64,000 nucleotides of DNA from contig CAKXXW010000003.1 in the NCBI GenBank assembly GCA_934378145.1, positions 13,512-77,511 of the forward strand, given 5' to 3'. This DNA is from an uncultured Eubacteriales bacterium (lineage in GTDB: Bacteria > Bacillota > Clostridia > Oscillospirales > CAG-272). Below the pieces are notes generated by a model. It had not been told where the DNA came from. It saw nothing but the letters and a program-made list of their open reading frames with translations, and ran no database searches. The position numbers were made by a program, and so were the translations under genes. Below, one piece after another: positions 46,061-55,285 of the stretch (position 1 is the stretch's first letter; each line of letters starts with the position of its first letter).

Positions 46061-46317
46061 GCTTTGTCCTGTGAGGAAAACTTGCTTTTCCACATAGGAC
46101 CTTCCGGCCGAAAATTTATGTCCGGGTGCAAAGTGGGGGACTCTTTCGGGGAGGACTGTTTTTCAACTAAGCAAAATACAAACAGAACTGGCAAAATATA
46201 ACACGATTTTTGGCCGGTTTGAACTCTGCACTCGAAAAAGAGCGTTTTTCTCGTCCGGAGGTCGTAAAAAGGCGTAATTTTCAGCCCTGTTTTTGCCCTT
46301 AAAATTGAAAAAACCTC

Positions 46318-46346
46318 TTGAATTTCCGAAGGTTATGAGATATAAT
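46318..46346 (+). promoter_or_regulatory. dcw cluster promoter (Pmra)
   Basis: TTGAAT (46318-46323), 17-nt spacer, TATAAT (46341-46346). Confidence 0.6.
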
Positions 46347-46359
46347 ATAAACACCCGCG

Positions 46360-46394
46360 GTGGTGGAAAGTGGGGCAAAGTGGTGCCGAGTGGC
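46360..46394 (+). promoter_or_regulatory. MraZ operator: four GTGGN boxes with 10-bp periodicity
   Basis: GTGGTggaaaGTGGGgcaaaGTGGTgccgaGTGGC, starting 14 nt after the -10 and ending 24 nt before the mraZ ATG. Confidence 0.7.
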
Positions 46395-46418
46395 AAATAT
46401 CAGAAAGGAGGTCCGGCT

Positions 46419-46853
46419 ATGACACTGGTTTTCAGGCATAATCTTGACGCGAAAAACCGTCTTTTTATACCCGCGAAATTCCGTGAAGAGCTGGGGACCG
46501 AATTTGTGATCGCCGCGAACCTTCACCCCGGGGTGCATTGCCTCAACATTTACACGGTCGAGGAATGGGAAAAATACATCCGGCCGATAATGGAAAAGCC
46601 GAGGGTCGAGGCGGAGAAGATACTCCGTAAGCTCAACCGGCTGGCAACACGGGTCACACCCGATTCGCAGGGGCGCGTTCTCCTTCCCGAATCGCTGACC
46701 GCTTACATCGGCGCCGGCGGAGAAGACCGCGAGATGGTCATCAACGGATGCGGCTTCTATGCCGAGATCTGGACTGCGAAGGCTTACGACGAGATGCTCG
46801 CCGAAGAGGATTCGGACGAGATCGCCGCGACCCTCCTGTCCTACGGAATGTGA
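46419..46853 (+). CDS. mraZ: Transcriptional regulator MraZ
   Basis: Duplicated SpoVT/AbrB-like halves (LDAKNRLFIPAKFREEL and PDSQGRVLLPESL). I chose the start at the ATG at 46419, after AAAGGAGG. Confidence 0.85.
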   Translation: MTLVFRHNLDAKNRLFIPAKFREELGTEFVIAANLHPGVHCLNIYTVEEWEKYIRPIMEKPRVEAEKILRKLNRLATRVTPDSQGRVLLPESLTAYIGAGGEDREMVINGCGFYAEIWTAKAYDEMLAEEDSDEIAATLLSYGM

Positions 46854-46859
46854 TCTTTG

Positions 46860-47807
46860 ATGGCAGAAGACAATATTGAATTTTCACATAGCCCGGTCAT
46901 GCCGGACGAGTGTATAGAGGGGCTAAACATTCGTCCGGGAGGGATCATCGTGGACGGTACGGCTGGGGGCGGCGGTCATTCTTTTCTGATCGCCGAACGC
47001 CTTACCGAAGGGGAACTGATAGCGATAGACCGCGATTCAGCCGCGATCCGGGCGGCGGGCAAAAGGCTTGAGCCGTTTGCTGACAGAGTCAGATTTGCCC
47101 GCAACAATTTTACGGAACTGCGTCGGGTCTGCAATGATCTCGGCGTAAACAGGATAGACGGCCTTCTTCTCGACCTCGGTGTGTCGTCTTACCAGCTCGA
47201 CACTCCCGACCGCGGATTCTCGTATATGGCGGATGCTCCGCTCGATATGAGGATGTCGCAGGACGACAGCCTTACGGCTTACGATGTCGTCAACGGGTAT
47301 TCCGAGGGGGAACTGAGAAGGATACTGTTCGAGTACGGAGAGGAGCGCTTCGCACCGAAGATCGCCGCGGCGATAGTGAGGGAGCGGAAAAAAGCTCCGA
47401 TAAGAACGACTCTTGAGCTTGTCGGCATAATCAAGTCGGCAATGCCCGCGTCGGCGAAGGTCGGCGGGCATCATCCGGCAAAGAGAAGTTTTCAGGCGAT
47501 AAGGATCGAGGTAAACGGCGAGCTTGCCGCGATAGAACCCGCGATCCGCGATGCCGCCGATATGCTGAATCCGGGCGGAAGGATCGTTATCATCACCTTC
47601 CACTCGCTTGAGGACAGGATAGTGAAGCAGACCTTTGCCGACCTGTCAACGGGCTGTATCTGCCCGAGAGAGCTTCCGGTCTGCGTCTGCGGACGGAAGC
47701 CTGTTATGAAACTGATAACGAAGAAGCCTTTGCTTCCGAGCGAGGCTGAACTTGAAAAAAACCCGCGCTCACGGAGCGCAAAGGTAAGGATAGCCGAAAA
47801 AATCTGA
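46860..47807 (+). CDS. rsmH: 16S rRNA (cytosine1402-N4)-methyltransferase RsmH
   Basis: HSPVM, VDGTAGGGGHS, LLDLGVSSYQLD, and ITFHSLEDRIVK. Confidence 0.92.
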   Translation: MAEDNIEFSHSPVMPDECIEGLNIRPGGIIVDGTAGGGGHSFLIAERLTEGELIAIDRDSAAIRAAGKRLEPFADRVRFARNNFTELRRVCNDLGVNRIDGLLLDLGVSSYQLDTPDRGFSYMADAPLDMRMSQDDSLTAYDVVNGYSEGELRRILFEYGEERFAPKIAAAIVRERKKAPIRTTLELVGIIKSAMPASAKVGGHHPAKRSFQAIRIEVNGELAAIEPAIRDAADMLNPGGRIVIITFHSLEDRIVKQTFADLSTGCICPRELPVCVCGRKPVMKLITKKPLLPSEAELEKNPRSRSAKVRIAEKI

Positions 47808-47828
47808 TGTGAAAAGGGGGGCGACGCC

Positions 47829-48761
47829 ATGTCCGGACAGAATAAGAGCGGATACGATGCAACTGTAGATCAGCTTTGCGATCGTTTCAGGGGCAGAGGA
47901 GCCGCCGCCAACGCAAGAGATGAGGCTGGGCGTCAGAATGCCGCCGGCCGTGAGGCTCCCAATGCCTACTTCCTTTCCAGAATGGATCGCGGAGAGATCC
48001 CGCCGAAGTTCAGAAGCGGAGAATACAACGGCAAAAAGTATATGACCACCGGCGACTTCCTTGAAAAATACAGATCTCACAGGACGGAGTCGGGCGCATA
48101 CATACCTCATAAGCCTTCTGTAAACACAAGGGAGTTCAGAAAGCCTCAGGTACAGCAGGAGCCTTCGCAGCAGCGCAACGGCGCGGCGGGAAGACCCGTG
48201 CAGGAGATGCAGAGACGACCCGCGCAGAGCGCTGCTGAGTACGCGACAAGAACGCCGCAGCAGAGAAGCGTCGGACGCTTCGATCCCCGCGCCGATACGA
48301 TAGTGATGCCGGCGCAGAAGACTGCCGGTAAGGTCAAGGGGCGCATCAGAAGACTCTTTGAGAAATGGTTCCCCGCGGATACCGAAAAGAAGCGCGAGGA
48401 AGGAAAGAAAAAGAAGAATATTCCCGTTGCCATGATAGGCTTTATCGTCTCCGTGGCTGCGGCAATGTCGATGATAGTCGGTACGACCGTTATGAGCGGA
48501 GAGGCTCAGAGTCAGGTCGGAACGCTTAAGTCGGAAATAAAGAGCCTTGAGGCGGAGCGCCTGCGGCTCGAGGAGGAGCTTGTCAGGAAGGATGACCTTG
48601 CCATGATAAGCGACTATGCCGAGGAAAAGCTCGGCATGATAAGAAAGGATTATGTGTCATCGGTCTACCTTCCCTCTGCCGAAGGCGACAGCGTGCAGGC
48701 GACCGAGAAGAAGGACGGCAAAGGTCTTGCCTCGCTTCTCAGCGCCATCTACGGCGGCTGA
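47829..48761 (+). CDS. ftsL: FtsL-like cell division protein with an unusually long cytoplasmic N-terminal extension
   Basis: Single TM IPVAMIGFIVSVAAAMSMIVGTTVM at about residue 198, followed by a coiled coil (LKSEIKSLEAERLRLEEELVRKDDL). Conserved position between rsmH and the PBP gene. Confidence 0.6.
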   Translation: MSGQNKSGYDATVDQLCDRFRGRGAAANARDEAGRQNAAGREAPNAYFLSRMDRGEIPPKFRSGEYNGKKYMTTGDFLEKYRSHRTESGAYIPHKPSVNTREFRKPQVQQEPSQQRNGAAGRPVQEMQRRPAQSAAEYATRTPQQRSVGRFDPRADTIVMPAQKTAGKVKGRIRRLFEKWFPADTEKKREEGKKKKNIPVAMIGFIVSVAAAMSMIVGTTVMSGEAQSQVGTLKSEIKSLEAERLRLEEELVRKDDLAMISDYAEEKLGMIRKDYVSSVYLPSAEGDSVQATEKKDGKGLASLLSAIYGG

Positions 48762-48969
48762 GAATATTCCGTACCGTATAGTAATATATATGGTATGAGT
48801 GCGCGTGATCCGAAAAACAGCAATGAGGAACGGTGAAGAGCGATGCTCCGGTCTGCCGAAAACGGGCAGGCAAGGGCGACGGAACTGTTTACACGGCGGC
48901 CCATCCGTGTATCTGCGTCCGGGTCTCGGCACCGTTCATTTTTGATAGTAAGAAAGGAAGGCACGATAT

Positions 48970-51300
48970 ATGCCCGGAAAGAAACCGAAAACCCTGCCGA
49001 AAAGAACAGTTGTCCTTGCCGGGATGCTTGCCGTTGCCGCGTCGCTTTTGCTCATAAGGATACTTATCCTTCAGACCGTGAGCTACGGAAAATATCAGGC
49101 AAAGGTGCTTGACGAGGTTACGACAGAGGTCCCCGTCGAGGCAAAGCGCGGCACGATATATGACAGAAACGGAAAGATCCTTGCCTATAACCGCACGGCG
49201 TACAGACTTTTCATCTCGCCGAAGGATATTGAGACTGCGCAGAAGGACAGAAAGGACAAGGAAAAGACCCAGGCAGAGATGATCGCCGAGGGGATCGCGG
49301 AGATACTCGGGCAGGAATATTATGAGAAGGTCCTTCACGAGGCGACATACACGAATAAGCTCGACCGAACGATACTTAAAAATATAGTAGACGACGATAT
49401 TTATAAAAAGCTGTTGGCTTTTATCAGCGAGAACGACCTGTCGGCTCAGGTACACCTCGGAGTCGGAAGCATAAGAGCTTACCCCTACGGAAGCCTTGCC
49501 TGTCATGTGATAGGCTTCTGCAATTCCGACGGCGACGGGCTTTACGGGCTTGAATATCAGTATAACGATGTCCTTTCGGGGACTGACGGAAAGATACTCA
49601 AGATGCGCGATGCCTACGGAAGCGAGATGGAGTACAACTATGAGACCTATGTTGCCGCCGTGGACGGATGTGATATCTACACCACGATAGATGTCGATGT
49701 CCAGCGCGTGCTTGACGAGCAGTGCAAGCAGTCGCTCATCAATACAGGCTCGCGCAACGGTGTCTGCGGAATAGTTATGGATCCCGAGACCGGCGGGATA
49801 CTCGCGATGTCGACGGCTCCTGCGTTCGATCTCAACTCGCCGTGGACCCTCGTTGACTTCTATCAGAAGCAGCTTGACGAATACGCGACCGCGAACGGTC
49901 TGCTCATCGGCGACGAAAAGTATGTCGACAAGCAGGCGGAGCTGAGACAGAAGATGTGGGCGAATAAGGCGATAACCGAGGCGTTCATACCCGGCTCTAC
50001 CTTCAAGATGGTGACCTCCGCCATGGCGCTCGAAAACAATGTCGTGACGGATGTCTATGCGACCGATTCAAGGTGTTACTGCGACGGAAGCGGCAGGCTC
50101 GGCTCGACCGTTGTCGGCGGGGTGAGGATACACTGCCATTCAAAGCACCATGCCCAAAGCTTTGCCGAGGGGCTTATGAACTCATGCAATGTTACCTTTA
50201 TCAATATCGGTCTTGATATAGGAAGCAAAAATTTCTACAATGCCTTCAAGGCGTTCGGATACCTCTCGAAGACCGGAATAGACCTCCCCGGTGAGGGAAC
50301 GAGCATCATGCACAAGTATGAGAACCTTAAAACGGTCGAGCTTGCGACCTCGGCATTCGGTCAGAACTTCAAGATAACGGGAATTCAGCACATAACCGCC
50401 GAGAACGCGATAGTCAACGGCGGAAAGCTGCTCCAGCCCTTTGTCGTCAACCGTATAGTCGATACCAAGGGGATAACGACCTACACGCACGGCGTCGTTG
50501 TCGTCCGTGAGGTAGCGAGCGCGTCGACCTGTGAGCTGCTCCGCACTATCCTTGAGGAGTGCGTATCGGGCGGCTACGGAGGAAAGAACTGCTATGTTCC
50601 CGGTTACCGTGTAGCGGCAAAGACGGGTACATCCGAGAAGGTCGGCGATGACAAGGATCTTCGCATAGGCTCGGTCATGGCGTTCGCACCCGCCGAAAAG
50701 CCTGTTGCGACAGCCTTCTTTATGTGCGACGAACCCGACCCGACCTGCGGAAGCACCTACGGAAGCACGGTCGCGGCACCGTATATGCAGGAGCTTATGC
50801 AGCAGACCCTTCCGATCCTCGGCGTCGAGGGCAGGTATTCGGACAGCGAGAAGGAAAATATAAACCGTCGCGTTCCTGATTTTGTGGGCTGGTCTGTCTC
50901 CGCGATCCTAAATAATATCAAGGATTACGACATAGAATATGAGATAGTCGGCAGCGGAAACATTATCCGTTACCAGAACCCGAAGGGCGGAACATATGTA
51001 AAGGATGCCGGATCGAAGGTCATCCTCTACACCGATACGAAGCTCAGCGACGACAATGTAAAGCCGGTGCCGAACCTTGTCGGAATGACCGCTGCCGCGG
51101 CGAACAAGACACTGACGAATCTCGGCTTCAATGTGGTGATACAGGGTTCATCCTATTATAAAAACAGCACGACGGCTACGGTGAAGTCACAATCGGCAGC
51201 TCCCGGTACTATACTTGAGAAGGGGAGCGTTATAATACTTTACTTCGACGATGATTACGATAACGGAGAATACGATCCGATAATCGGCGGGGTAGGGTAG
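48970..51300 (+). CDS. Class B penicillin-binding protein (PBP2B/SpoVD type) with two C-terminal PASTA domains
   Basis: N-terminal TM anchor and dimerisation domain. Transpeptidase motifs STFK (PGSTFKMV), SCN (MNSCN) and KTGT. Two PASTA-like repeats (VPDFVGWS..., VPNLVGMT...). Confidence 0.88.
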   Translation: MPGKKPKTLPKRTVVLAGMLAVAASLLLIRILILQTVSYGKYQAKVLDEVTTEVPVEAKRGTIYDRNGKILAYNRTAYRLFISPKDIETAQKDRKDKEKTQAEMIAEGIAEILGQEYYEKVLHEATYTNKLDRTILKNIVDDDIYKKLLAFISENDLSAQVHLGVGSIRAYPYGSLACHVIGFCNSDGDGLYGLEYQYNDVLSGTDGKILKMRDAYGSEMEYNYETYVAAVDGCDIYTTIDVDVQRVLDEQCKQSLINTGSRNGVCGIVMDPETGGILAMSTAPAFDLNSPWTLVDFYQKQLDEYATANGLLIGDEKYVDKQAELRQKMWANKAITEAFIPGSTFKMVTSAMALENNVVTDVYATDSRCYCDGSGRLGSTVVGGVRIHCHSKHHAQSFAEGLMNSCNVTFINIGLDIGSKNFYNAFKAFGYLSKTGIDLPGEGTSIMHKYENLKTVELATSAFGQNFKITGIQHITAENAIVNGGKLLQPFVVNRIVDTKGITTYTHGVVVVREVASASTCELLRTILEECVSGGYGGKNCYVPGYRVAAKTGTSEKVGDDKDLRIGSVMAFAPAEKPVATAFFMCDEPDPTCGSTYGSTVAAPYMQELMQQTLPILGVEGRYSDSEKENINRRVPDFVGWSVSAILNNIKDYDIEYEIVGSGNIIRYQNPKGGTYVKDAGSKVILYTDTKLSDDNVKPVPNLVGMTAAAANKTLTNLGFNVVIQGSSYYKNSTTATVKSQSAAPGTILEKGSVIILYFDDDYDNGEYDPIIGGVG

Positions 51301-51345
51301 CAGGTATTTTTGAGGCGCTCTTCCGGAATCTTACGGGAGGCGTAT

Positions 51346-52797
51346 ATGAGATTATCGGAGCTTTGCAGGCGGGCGGGGATATATTTTGATCCGACCCGTG
51401 AGGACGCTGAAATCACACGGATAACCTCCGATTCGGGGAAAATGATCCCGGGCGGGCTTTTCGTTGCTTTGCACGGGCTGAAGCACGACGGTGATGACTT
51501 TATCGCCGATGCGAGGGAGAAGGGAGCAGTAGCTGTCCTCAGCGAAAGTGACCCCGGCGACCTGCGGACGGATGACGCAAGGCTCGCGCTCGCAAGGCTT
51601 TGCAGAGCCTTTTACGGTGAGGGCATCGAACGCCTGAAGCTCGTCGGTGTGACAGGAACGAACGGAAAGACCACGATCGTGAGCCTTCTTTCCTCGATCG
51701 CGCGTGCGGCGGGTAAGAAATGTGCGTGCATCGGGACGCTCGGGTGCCGCTTTGTCGACTCTGACGGAAGTGAAAAAGAACTTACCGGCGAGGGGCATAT
51801 GACGACCCCCGATCCGGAGGTGCTTTACCTTGCGCTTTCGGAGGCGGCGGGGCTCGGCGCGGAGTATGCCTTTATCGAGGTGTCATCTCACGCGCTCGCG
51901 ATGAAGAGAGCCGACGCGCTGCGCTTCGATGTCGGGATATTTACGAATCTTACGAGAGATCACCTTGATTTCCACGGGACAAAAGAGGAATACATCAGAG
52001 CCAAGGCAAGGCTTGCGCCGCTCTGCGACAGCTTTGTCGTGAACTCGGACGATCCCGCGGCGGAGCTTGTCGGGCGTGAGGATTCGCTGACCTGCTCCTG
52101 CCGTGAAAAAGCCGATTTTTACGCCGGTAATATACGCCCGAACGGGGACATAGGCAGGAGCTATGAGCTTGTTTCCCCTTACGGCTCGTTTGAGGCAGAT
52201 ACAAGGATGCCGGGCGATTTCTCGGTGATGAACACGCTCGAGGCATCGGCGGCGGCACTTCTGCTCGGCTTTGAGAAGGACAGCATAAGGGAAGGGATAG
52301 CCGGACTTTCCTGCGTTCCCGGACGGATGGAGCCGGTAGCACTCGACGGAGCCGACTTCAGGGTCTTCATCGACTACGCGCACACGCCCGATGCGCTGAA
52401 AAAATCCCTGATAACGGCAAGGGAGCTTGCCGGTGCGGGGCGGGTGATACTGCTTTTCGGCTGCGGCGGAGACCGCGACCGGGGCAAGAGAAAGAGCATG
52501 GGGAGCATCGCGACGATGCTTGCCGACCTCACGGTGGTGACCTCCGACAATCCGAGGAGCGAACCGCCCGAGGCAATAATTTCGGAGATCCTTCGCGGTG
52601 TCGACCGCGAAAAGCCCTACACCGTCATATGCGACAGGAGAAGGGCGATAGAATATGCAATAGACGAAGCCCGTGCCGGAGATGTCGTACTGCTCGCCGG
52701 CAAGGGGCATGAAAAATATGAGATCGGCGCGTCGGGGACATTTCCCTTTGACGAAGCCGGGGTCGCAAGGGAGGCTTTTTCGCACCGACGCGGATGA
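51346..52797 (+). CDS. murE: UDP-N-acetylmuramoyl-L-alanyl-D-glutamate--2,6-diaminopimelate ligase
   Basis: GVTGTNGKTT P-loop and a DNPR motif (TSDNPRSE), which indicates meso-DAP addition. I chose the start at the ATG at 51346, after GGGAGG. Confidence 0.9.
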   Translation: MRLSELCRRAGIYFDPTREDAEITRITSDSGKMIPGGLFVALHGLKHDGDDFIADAREKGAVAVLSESDPGDLRTDDARLALARLCRAFYGEGIERLKLVGVTGTNGKTTIVSLLSSIARAAGKKCACIGTLGCRFVDSDGSEKELTGEGHMTTPDPEVLYLALSEAAGLGAEYAFIEVSSHALAMKRADALRFDVGIFTNLTRDHLDFHGTKEEYIRAKARLAPLCDSFVVNSDDPAAELVGREDSLTCSCREKADFYAGNIRPNGDIGRSYELVSPYGSFEADTRMPGDFSVMNTLEASAAALLLGFEKDSIREGIAGLSCVPGRMEPVALDGADFRVFIDYAHTPDALKKSLITARELAGAGRVILLFGCGGDRDRGKRKSMGSIATMLADLTVVTSDNPRSEPPEAIISEILRGVDREKPYTVICDRRRAIEYAIDEARAGDVVLLAGKGHEKYEIGASGTFPFDEAGVAREAFSHRRG

Positions 52798-54218
52798 AAA
52801 AACCTGCAGCGACGGGAAGGACGCTTATGAAAATAACTCTGGAGAAGGGAAAAGAGCTTCCTTTTAAGGAAGCCGCGGAGAGGTACGGTTGGAGGCTATG
52901 CGGAGACCTGTCCGGGGTCGGCTCGGTCTGCACCGACTCGCGCGAGGCGGAGGCTGGAAGCCTCTTTGCCGCCATACGCGGCGAGAGGGTCGACGGTCAC
53001 GATTATATAGGCAAGGCTTATCTTTCGGGATGCCGTGCGGCGCTCTGCGAAAGGATACCCGACGGTGCGCCGGGGGATATGGCGTTCGCCGTCGTGCCCG
53101 ATACGGTCACGGCGCTCAATCACCTTGCGGGGCTTTTCTTTGAAAAGCGGAAGGGCAAGGTCATCGGCGTCACCGGAAGCGTCGGAAAGACGACGACGAA
53201 GGAATTTGTCGCCGCGGCGTTCGGAAAAAGAAGGGTCTACCGCACGAAGGGAAATTTCAACAGCACGATAGGCTTTCCCCTCTCGGTGATGGAGATACCC
53301 GAAAACACCGAATTTTCGGTGCTTGAGATGGGAATGAGCGGCAGGGGAGAGATAGCCCTTATGTCGTCGTCGGCAAAGCCCGACATTGCGATGATCACGA
53401 ATGTCGGCTCGTCGCACCTTGAGCTTCTCGGCTCGCGTGAGAATATCCGCGCGGCAAAATATGAGATAACCGAGGGGCTGAAGGATGACGGGACGCTCCT
53501 CATAAACGGCGACGACGCGATGCTGACCTCCTTTGAGACGGAAAAAAGGCGGCTGACCTGCGGCTTCGGAGAGAGCTGCGACATCCGCGCCGTAAATATA
53601 AGAAACGACGGAGCGTGCAGTATTTTCGATATTGCTTACGAGGGCAGAATGCTCCGCGATGTGAAAATACCCGTGATCGGGGATCACAATGTCCGTGCGG
53701 CGCTCTTCGGCTTTGCGGCGGCTCACCTCTGTTCCCTCGGGGAAGAGGAGATCGTCTCTGAACTTGCTCTTTTTGAAAAGCCCAAAATGAGACAGAATAT
53801 TTATGAGAAGAGCGGTATAATCTTTATTGAGGACTGCTATAACGCGAGTCCCGAGTCTATGCGTGCGGCGCTCGATGTGCTGAAAGGGCTGTCGGACAGC
53901 CGCGGCGGGGCAAGGACGGTCGCCCTTCTCGGCGATATGCTCGAGCTTGGCAAGACCTCGGCGGTGCTTCACCGTGAAGTGGGAGAATACGCCGCAAAGA
54001 CAGGACTTTCGGCTCTCGTGACCTTCGGGGAGCTTGCCGAAAATATAGCCGACGGCGCGGGGATACCGCTCACCGTGAGAGTGAAAGATAAAAACGACCC
54101 CGAAGCTGCCGCAGACGCGCTCGCGTCGATCCTTAAAAAAGGTGACATACTTCTCGTGAAGGCAAGCCGCGGAATTGCCGCCGAGAGGGTAATTAAAATA
54201 CTGGAGGAAAGACTCTGA
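52794..54218 (+). CDS. murF: UDP-N-acetylmuramoyl-tripeptide--D-alanyl-D-alanine ligase
   Basis: GVTGSVGKTTTKE P-loop and Mur ligase central and C-terminal domains. An alternative start exists at MKITLEKG (52827). Confidence 0.9.
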   Translation: MKKPAATGRTLMKITLEKGKELPFKEAAERYGWRLCGDLSGVGSVCTDSREAEAGSLFAAIRGERVDGHDYIGKAYLSGCRAALCERIPDGAPGDMAFAVVPDTVTALNHLAGLFFEKRKGKVIGVTGSVGKTTTKEFVAAAFGKRRVYRTKGNFNSTIGFPLSVMEIPENTEFSVLEMGMSGRGEIALMSSSAKPDIAMITNVGSSHLELLGSRENIRAAKYEITEGLKDDGTLLINGDDAMLTSFETEKRRLTCGFGESCDIRAVNIRNDGACSIFDIAYEGRMLRDVKIPVIGDHNVRAALFGFAAAHLCSLGEEEIVSELALFEKPKMRQNIYEKSGIIFIEDCYNASPESMRAALDVLKGLSDSRGGARTVALLGDMLELGKTSAVLHREVGEYAAKTGLSALVTFGELAENIADGAGIPLTVRVKDKNDPEAAADALASILKKGDILLVKASRGIAAERVIKILEERL

Positions 54219-54220
54219 CT

Positions 54221-55249
54221 ATGGATCGGGCTGTGTTTTATGAGTTTATAATCGTATTGCTGTCGGTTTTTGCACTGACTGCCTTTCTGCTCCGCCTGAT
54301 AATCCCCGTGCTGAAGAGCCACAAGCTCGGACAGCCGATAAAGGATATCGGGCCGCGTTGGCACAAGAGCAAGGAAGGGACACCCGTTATGGGCGGCATA
54401 GGTTTCATCCTTGCGACGCTGATAGTCCTTCTCATTATCAGCGTCGTGTCGTGGATACGGGGGACCGTCGCCGAGCTTGTGCCTCTCGCGCTTGCGCTCG
54501 GACTTGCCGTGGCGAACGGTATGATAGGCTTCTTCGACGACTACTGCAAACTCCTGAAAAAGCAGAACGAGGGACTCAAGGCTTATCAGAAGTACCTGCT
54601 CCAGCTCGTCGTGGCGGCTGTTTATCTGCTCTTTATGAGCATTACAGGCAATCTTTCGACAGAGCTTTTCATCCCCTTCGTGAAAAAGACGATAGTGCTT
54701 GACGGCTACCTGAAGATACTCTATTACGCGATAGCCCTTCTGCTCATCACGGGCATCGTCAACAGCGTAAACCTTACCGACGGGATCGACGGTCTCGCGG
54801 CATCGGTCACGGCTGTCGTCGGAGGCTTCTTTGCCGTGCTTGCTTTCTATATCAGCCGCACAAATCACGCGGCGGGAAGGTCGCTGAGCCTTCTTTCCTC
54901 GTCGGTCGTCGGAGGAACGCTCGGCTTCCTCGTCTATAACTGGAACCCGGCGCGGGTCTTTATGGGCGATACAGGCTCGCTCTATCTCGGCGGCGCGGTC
55001 GTCGGCGCGGCGTTTATGCTGAACCGTCCGCTCGTGATCCTTATTGCCGGCTTCGTGTATGTCTTCGAGGCGATCTCGGTCATATTGCAGGTCGGGGTGT
55101 TCAAGCTCTCGGGCAGAAAAAAGAGGCTCTTCAAAATGGCACCCTTCCATCATCACCTTGAAAAGTGCGGATGGAAAGAGGTCACGATAGTCTGCGTTTT
55201 CACGCTTCTGACTGTCGGCTTCTGCGTCGCGGCATGGTTTTCTATCTGA
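54221..55249 (+). CDS. mraY: Phospho-N-acetylmuramoyl-pentapeptide-transferase
   Basis: Ten-TM-like profile. GFFDDY, NLTDGIDGLA, FMGDTGSL, and APFHHHLE motifs. Confidence 0.93.
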   Translation: MDRAVFYEFIIVLLSVFALTAFLLRLIIPVLKSHKLGQPIKDIGPRWHKSKEGTPVMGGIGFILATLIVLLIISVVSWIRGTVAELVPLALALGLAVANGMIGFFDDYCKLLKKQNEGLKAYQKYLLQLVVAAVYLLFMSITGNLSTELFIPFVKKTIVLDGYLKILYYAIALLLITGIVNSVNLTDGIDGLAASVTAVVGGFFAVLAFYISRTNHAAGRSLSLLSSSVVGGTLGFLVYNWNPARVFMGDTGSLYLGGAVVGAAFMLNRPLVILIAGFVYVFEAISVILQVGVFKLSGRKKRLFKMAPFHHHLEKCGWKEVTIVCVFTLLTVGFCVAAWFSI

Positions 55250-55285
55250 AAAAGGCAAAAATTCTCCGAAGGAGGTCCTGCGTAA

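Noticed and set aside
46066-46100. Imperfect hairpin GTCCTGTGAGGAAAA...TTTTCCACATAGGAC just after the 46028-46060 terminator.
   Set aside because: It has two mismatches in 15 bp and no U tract. It is redundant with the strong terminator immediately upstream, and no function can be assigned.
48762-48969. 208-bp gap between ftsL and the PBP gene, with two short hairpins. I considered a riboswitch or leader.
   Set aside because: The stems are short (5-7 bp). I recognise no conserved riboswitch motif. It may simply hold an internal (possibly sporulation-specific) promoter, but the evidence is insufficient to call a feature.
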